Shown: in pieces, positions 16,736-22,628 of the stretch
Position numbering within the stretch: the stretch's first letter is position 1
Layout of the letters: each line of letters starts with the position of its first letter
From: an uncultured Methanosarcinales archaeon
GTDB taxonomy: Archaea > Nanobdellota > Nanobdellia > Woesearchaeales > ARS49
Length of the DNA: 22,628 bases
NCBI GenBank assembly: GCA_964637115.1
Contig: CAZWVL010000012.1
Span: 1 to 22,628 of the forward strand
Direction: 5' to 3'
Position numbers and translations under genes: made by a program
The notes under the pieces: model-generated
The model's database searches: none
Seen by the model: the letters and a program-made list of their open reading frames with translations, nothing else
Told to the model about the DNA's origin: nothing

Positions 16736-16750
16736 TTTCGCTTCGCTCAA

Positions 16751-16860
16751 GCGGAGGTTCCCGAGTGGTCAAAGGGGATAGCCTCAAGCACAACTTGACA
16801 CAGATTGTGGTGAAAGCTATTGGCTTAGTGCCTTCGCAGGTTCGAATCCTGCCCTCCGCA
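16751..16860 (+). tRNA. tRNA-Leu(CAA) with 26-nt intron at 37/38 (16789-16814); CCA not encoded
   Basis: Acceptor GCGGAGG/CCTCCGC + A. D arm CCC-GAGTGGTCAAA-GGG. Anticodon stem ATAGC/GCTAT with CAA at 16785-16787. Variable arm GGC/GCC. T arm GCAGG-TTCGAAT-CCTGC. Confidence 0.95.
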
Positions 16861-16907
16861 TAGAACTTAACTTGGATAGCACAGAGTGCTTTCATGTTGA
16901 GATATGC

Positions 16908-16959
16908 ATGCGGGGACAGACCAGCGAAACTGCAGTTTCGCGCTGCCTGCCCTCCGCAT
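16908..16959 (+). repeat. Stem-loop downstream of tRNA-Leu containing an 18-bp palindrome and a 14-bp copy of the tRNA 3' end
   Basis: GCGAAACTGCAGTTTCGC (16924-16941) is a perfect palindrome. CCTGCCCTCCGCAT at 16946-16959 equals 16848-16861. Outer arms ATGCGG/CCGCAT. Confidence 0.7.
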
Positions 16960-17003
16960 TCTATTAAGAAATTATTATAAATCCAGGCCGCGCGCACATT
17001 ACT

Positions 17004-17738
17004 ATGCTATTAAAAGGTAAGGTTGCTCTTGTTACAGGAGCAAGCAGGGGGATTGGGAAGGCAACTGCTCTTTTGTTTGCGAAAGAGGGTGCTAAAGTCA
17101 TCATTAATTATGTGAACGCGAAGAAGGATGCTGATGAGGTTGTCCGGAAAATCAAAGCACTGGGTTCGAACGCCATTGCTATACAGGCAGATGTTTCTGG
17201 CGAAACTGCAGTAAAAAGGATGGTTAATGAGAGCATTAAGAAGTTCGGTCGAATAGATATTCTTGTTAACAATGCAGGCATAGTTTTTGATGTGCCATTT
17301 TTTGAGAAAACCTTGGCACAATGGAAACGAACTATTGACGTGAATCTCATCGGAGTGTTCCTTTGCACGAAATTCGTGGCGATTCAGATGCTAAAACAAA
17401 AGTCAGGAGTCATCGTGAACATCGCTTCCAACAATGGTCTCAATAAAGGCAGCCCGGATTCGATGGATTATGATGCCACAAAGGCAGGCATCATTAACAT
17501 CACGGCATCTCTTGCAAAAGAATTGGCTCCGCATATCCGCGTCAATGCAGTATCGCCAGGCTGGGTTGATACTGATATCAATAGGAACTTATCAAAGGCA
17601 TACCGAGAAAGCGAAACTGAAAAAATCTTGCTGAAACGCTGGGCAAAGCCAGAGGAAATCGCGGAAGTCATACTCTTTTTAGCATCCGACAAAGCAAGTT
17701 TTGTGAATGGAAACAACATTATCGTTGATGGCGGTTAA
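17004..17738 (+). CDS. Classical SDR oxidoreductase (FabG-like)
   Basis: TGASRGIG, NNAG, catalytic YDATK, NAVSPG, VDGG; TATA-like TTATAAAT upstream. Substrate not assignable. Confidence 0.93.
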   Translation: MLLKGKVALVTGASRGIGKATALLFAKEGAKVIINYVNAKKDADEVVRKIKALGSNAIAIQADVSGETAVKRMVNESIKKFGRIDILVNNAGIVFDVPFFEKTLAQWKRTIDVNLIGVFLCTKFVAIQMLKQKSGVIVNIASNNGLNKGSPDSMDYDATKAGIINITASLAKELAPHIRVNAVSPGWVDTDINRNLSKAYRESETEKILLKRWAKPEEIAEVILFLASDKASFVNGNNIIVDGG

Positions 17739-17763
17739 TGGTAAGAAGTGGGCTTTGGCGGTT

Positions 17764-19237
<1,474 letters not shown>

Positions 19238-19238
<1 letters not shown>

Positions 19239-19693
19239 TGAGGAACGCGACATTAATCCTCGTCCTTGATGGTAGCAAAATTCTTCTCGGGATGAAAAAG
19301 AAGGGTTTTGGCGCTGGAAAGTGGAACGCTTTTGGCGGAAAAGTGGAAAATGGGGAAACAATTGAAGCTGCAGCAATTCGTGAATTAAGGGAAGAATCCG
19401 GTTTGCTGGTTGAAGATGTTAAAAAATCTGGTGTTATCACTTTTAAATTCCCTCAAAAGCCGGATTGGGATCAGGTCGTGCACGTCTTTACAGCGGATAC
19501 GTGGGCAGGAAGTCCAATGGAAACAGATGAGATGAAGCCTGAATGGTTTGAGCTTGATAAAATCCCATTTGATAAGATGTGGCCTATTGACCCTCACTGG
19601 ATGCCGCACGTGCTAAATGGCAAATTTGTGACCGCTACAGTTGTGCATTCTCCAGATGGAGCAATCATTGAGAAAGATATAAAAATTCAATGA
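19238..19693 (+). CDS. Nudix hydrolase, MTH1/NUDT1-like (oxidised purine dNTP triphosphatase)
   Basis: WNAFGGKVENGETIEAAAIRELREESGL Nudix box plus KMWP. TAATG coupling to pyrB. Confidence 0.88.
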
Positions 19694-19709
19694 AATTGTG
19701 AGCAAGGTG

Positions 19710-20600
19710 ATGATGAATAAAGCCTGTCTTATCATCGCATCGCTTTTCTGCGCAATACTGCTTGCTTGTACAGAACCAGTAGTTGTGGAAAAGCCGATTG
19801 TCCAATGCTGGGACGGAAGCACAACAGAGTCAATTGAACAATGTCCGCCTCTTCCTCAAATCAGAGAAGAACCAAAGATAGAAGCGCAACTCAAAGATGT
19901 TGGCGATTTTAAGGTTGTTTATGCCTCAAGTACTAAGTATAACGACCTGCAAAGGGCGCTCCAAGAACAAAAATATTTTGATCCTGGTATTGATATATTA
20001 AATGAACAATTGATTTTACCTAGTGACGTTTCTGTAGTTCTTCTTGAATGTGGAGAAGCAAACGCGCAGTACGATCCTGATAGTTACCAAATTAAAATGT
20101 GTTATGAACTTATAGAACAAATAGTATCATTATTTTCTAATTACAATGAATCAGAAGAAGAGTTGGATGTTTGGACTTCGCATGCCCTTGCTTTTATCTT
20201 CTACCACGAAGTTGGACATGCACTAACTCATTTGCTTAATTTACCAGTAACTGGCAAAGAAGAAGATTCTGTGGACCAATTAGCCACCCTCGTACTCACT
20301 GAGATCGGTGAAGTGGGAGAAGATGCCGCATTAAACGCAGCTGTTTTTTTCTTGGAACTATCAGAGCAAACAAATATTGAAGATTTAGCATTCTGGGACG
20401 AGCACTCTTTAGATGAACAACGATTTTATAATATTGCCTGTTGGGTTTATGGAAAAAACCCGGAAAGGCATAATTACTTGATTGAGAAAGAATTGTTACC
20501 AGAAGAAAGGGCAGAAAGATGTGTTGCAGAGTATCAACAGTTATCCAATAGCTGGAACACATTACTGATTCCTTACTTCAAAGAGCAAGTTGATTCTTGA
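19710..20600 (+). CDS. Putative secreted zinc metallopeptidase (DUF4344-like), probable lipoprotein
   Basis: Signal peptide ending LLAC. FYHEVGHA (HExxH), EEDSVDQLA, DEHSLDEQRFYNIACWVYG. Start uncertain (GTG 19698 / ATG 19710 / ATG 19713). Confidence 0.8.
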   Translation: MMNKACLIIASLFCAILLACTEPVVVEKPIVQCWDGSTTESIEQCPPLPQIREEPKIEAQLKDVGDFKVVYASSTKYNDLQRALQEQKYFDPGIDILNEQLILPSDVSVVLLECGEANAQYDPDSYQIKMCYELIEQIVSLFSNYNESEEELDVWTSHALAFIFYHEVGHALTHLLNLPVTGKEEDSVDQLATLVLTEIGEVGEDAALNAAVFFLELSEQTNIEDLAFWDEHSLDEQRFYNIACWVYGKNPERHNYLIEKELLPEERAERCVAEYQQLSNSWNTLLIPYFKEQVDS

Positions 20601-20618
20601 GAAAGTAGTCAAAATAAA

Positions 20619-20984
20619 TTAATCCAGGCTTCCCAGTCTTTCTTCTATTTTTGCCAGTTCTTCTTCGAGAACGTCTATTTTGTTTTTTCCAATCTTTGCT
20701 GGCTTTCCAACAATTCTTGTCGGCTTTGTTCCTTCTCTCATTTCTCTGAGTGCAGGAACTTTCATAGGAATGCGCGGCAGGTGGTTGCGTAATTTTCTGT
20801 TCAAAACCAGCAGTTCATCAAACACTCTTTTCAGTTCGATAATGTGTCGTAGTTTTTCTTCTTTCAAGTCTTTGAATGCTTCATAGCGTCGTAAACTATC
20901 AATTAAATTCTTTGAAGAAGTAAGCAGCTCTTTTCTTAATTCAACAGGGTCCCGTATTCCCACAAAGAATAGTTCTTCTTCCAT
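20619..20984 (-). CDS. Hypothetical coiled-coil protein (paralogue 3 of tandem cluster)
   Basis: FFVGIRDP followed by long helices. ATG directly follows the upstream TAA. Confidence 0.8.
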   Translation of the reverse strand: MEEELFFVGIRDPVELRKELLTSSKNLIDSLRRYEAFKDLKEEKLRHIIELKRVFDELLVLNRKLRNHLPRIPMKVPALREMREGTKPTRIVGKPAKIGKNKIDVLEEELAKIEERLGSLD

Positions 20985-21212
20985 TTAGATGCTCGGTTCG
21001 AACAATGACTTGTCAACGCTTGAAACTCTTGCTTCTACGTCTTCAAGCTCTTTTGCCCAGGTTGCGAGTTCTTGGTCTTCTTGCGCTTTTAGCTCCGCAA
21101 CTTTGTCCAGCAAGAACTTTGCCTGTCGCAATTTCTCGCGCATTAATGTCATAATGTCCATTATGTCCTTGTACTCATCGATTTTGACAAATACAGGTGC
21201 TTTTCCGTCCAT
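20985..21212 (-). CDS. Hypothetical coiled-coil protein (paralogue 2 of tandem cluster)
   Basis: PVFVKIDEYKDI then coiled coil. SD GGGTGA. Confidence 0.8.
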   Translation of the reverse strand: MDGKAPVFVKIDEYKDIMDIMTLMREKLRQAKFLLDKVAELKAQEDQELATWAKELEDVEARVSSVDKSLFEPSI

Positions 21213-21216
21213 GTGT

Positions 21217-21735
21217 TCACCCTGCCTTTGCTATGAGCTGGTCGACGTAGTTCATCTTCTTTTCAACGTCTTCCAGTAATGTTCTCCAGCGTTCAAACGA
21301 CCGTTCTTCTTCATTTTTCAGATCTCCGAGTCGTCTTACAAAATTTTCTGCATCCATTAATTTCGACCTTATTGTGTTCGTGTCATTTATGATGCGTTTG
21401 TAATCTTCCACAGCAACAAATGCCGGCTTTGGTATTGTCCGCACCACTTCGTGTATTGGTTCTTCTTCCGGCTGCTGCACTGTTCTGTCGTATACTACCT
21501 CTTCTTCCCCCATCATTGGCGTTCTTGTGTATGATGTAGGAGCAGGCAAGGCTGGTGGTAATTCAGGTAAAACTTCTTCGTGTTCTTCAAATGGAGGCAT
21601 TTCAGAAGGTATTTCTGGAGCTCGTATCTGGTCAAAGTCACCTCTGAGAAGCGGTTGTAATTCTGGCGGGCTTGGTGGCGGTGGAAGTGGTAGTTCTTCC
21701 TGTCTTTTTTTGCCAAATCCGAATAATCCCATCAT
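21217..21735 (-). CDS. Hypothetical protein: MGLFGFGKK tip, Pro/Glu-rich linker, C-terminal coiled coil (paralogue 1)
   Basis: PAFVAVEDYKRI then coiled coil. SD GGGGTG. Confidence 0.8.
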   Translation of the reverse strand: MMGLFGFGKKRQEELPLPPPPSPPELQPLLRGDFDQIRAPEIPSEMPPFEEHEEVLPELPPALPAPTSYTRTPMMGEEEVVYDRTVQQPEEEPIHEVVRTIPKPAFVAVEDYKRIINDTNTIRSKLMDAENFVRRLGDLKNEEERSFERWRTLLEDVEKKMNYVDQLIAKAG

Positions 21736-21855
21736 TGCACCCCAGCCAGTCTTTTTAATTTGTCATTAAAAGCTTTTGTAACTATCTGACAATAACAAAA
21801 CGGCCTATTTTGCCGAGGAAAAGCTTTATAATGCTTCTATGTTCGCACTACCATC

Positions 21856-22419
21856 ATGGAACAACAACCGATAGTGGCCAGAGCGATAGTGGAAATCATG
21901 GGTGCGCCGAAGGAATTTGTCAAAAAGGCGCTTATGGACCACGTGGACAAGATTAAGCAGGAAGGCTTGAACGTCCAGTTTGAGAAATATGCTGAGCCAA
22001 AAGAGCAGGATAATTACTTTACCCAATTTGTAGAGCTTCAGATATCGTTTAAGGACTTGGAGCAGTTGCTTGATTTTTGCATTGACAGCATGCCCAGTGC
22101 TGTTGAAATAATGAGTCCAGCAAAGCTTGAGCTTGACATGACAGTGTTTGAGGGCTTTATTAATGACTTTCAGGCAAGACTGCATCATACCGACATGATG
22201 CTCAAGGGTCTGCAGGCTCAGAAGAGCGTGTTGGACAAGAATGCTTTGAACACTTTCCATAATTTTATCAAATTTGCCTGCCGTGCAAAGCCGCAAGACA
22301 TTGATGAACTAGCAAAACTGCTCGGCATCGGTTCAAAGGAATTAATTGCTTTTGTTGAGAATATGGTGTCTAAGGGCGAATTGAAAAAAGAGGGACAGGT
22401 GTACGTTACGAATGGATGA
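21856..22419 (+). CDS. Archaeal hypothetical protein with alpha/beta N-domain, coiled coil and probable C-terminal winged HTH
   Basis: IVEIMGAPKE...FVELQI...MPSAVEIMSP. C-terminal DIDELAKLLGIGSKELIAFVENMVSKGELKKEGQVY has a wHTH pattern. TATA TTTATAAT at 21825-21832. Confidence 0.75.
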   Translation: MEQQPIVARAIVEIMGAPKEFVKKALMDHVDKIKQEGLNVQFEKYAEPKEQDNYFTQFVELQISFKDLEQLLDFCIDSMPSAVEIMSPAKLELDMTVFEGFINDFQARLHHTDMMLKGLQAQKSVLDKNALNTFHNFIKFACRAKPQDIDELAKLLGIGSKELIAFVENMVSKGELKKEGQVYVTNG

Positions 22420-22628
22420 AGAACTGAAGCGCATGGTGGAGGCGATTTTGTTTGCCGCTGCCCGCAAGCTTGAGTTGGAAGAACTGGCGAGCTTGTGCAA
22501 ACGCTCGCCGGAAGACGTGCTTGCCATTTTGAACGAATGGAAAACTCAGCTGGACTCGTCTGACAGTCCAACCATGCTTTTGCAGGATGGCACTGCCTGG
22601 AAGCTTACAGTCAGGGAGAAATATATTC
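22412..22628 (+). CDS. scpB: SMC-ScpAB complex subunit ScpB, N-terminal fragment (3' truncated by window edge)
   Basis: Not in the ORF track. MDEELKRMVEAILFAAARKLELEELASLC...WKLTVREKYI; the VEAILF and W.L.V..Y pattern is typical of ScpB. Overlaps the upstream gene by 8 bp. Confidence 0.85.
   Translation, partial: MDEELKRMVEAILFAAARKLELEELASLCKRSPEDVLAILNEWKTQLDSSDSPTMLLQDGTAWKLTVREKYI

Noticed and set aside
16701-16750. Upstream GC-rich element as a split-tRNA half or second tRNA
   Set aside because: No D-loop or T-loop consensus, and the adjacent tRNA is complete in cis.
16692-16997. 101-aa minus-strand ORF
   Set aside because: Antisense to the tRNA and its hairpins; not credible as a protein.

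Overview
A gene-dense archaeal chromosomal segment. Archaeal PCNA, Hef, RNase J, ScpB, TATA-box promoters and an intron-containing tRNA show the domain. The streamlined layout, bacterial-type MetK and many small lineage-type hypotheticals suggest a DPANN organism, most like Woesearchaeota (inference, no database search run). About 32 CDS and one tRNA-Leu(CAA) with a 26-nt intron were found. No CRISPR array, rRNA, integrase or transposase was seen. Two CDS absent from the ORF track were read directly (partial htpX at the left edge, partial scpB at the right edge), plus a candidate 36-aa membrane ORF. Several starts were moved to a downstream ATG using SD/TATA spacing. The most interesting items are: (1) a nucleoside 2-deoxyribosyltransferase-like domain fused to a SAMHD1-like HD dNTPase, 2 bp downstream of PCNA; (2) an operon of an exact 29-aa-repeat alpha-solenoid, a B-box zinc finger and a coiled-coil protein; (3) a TraB protein, a site-2-protease homologue that has lost HExxH, and a 4-TM protein; (4) an HTH-CBS regulator divergent from metK with a palindrome between them; (5) three tandem paralogous coiled-coil genes next to scpB; (6) tRNA-Leu bracketed by two related hairpins, one repeating the tRNA 3' end. 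All family calls come from motif recognition by eye.
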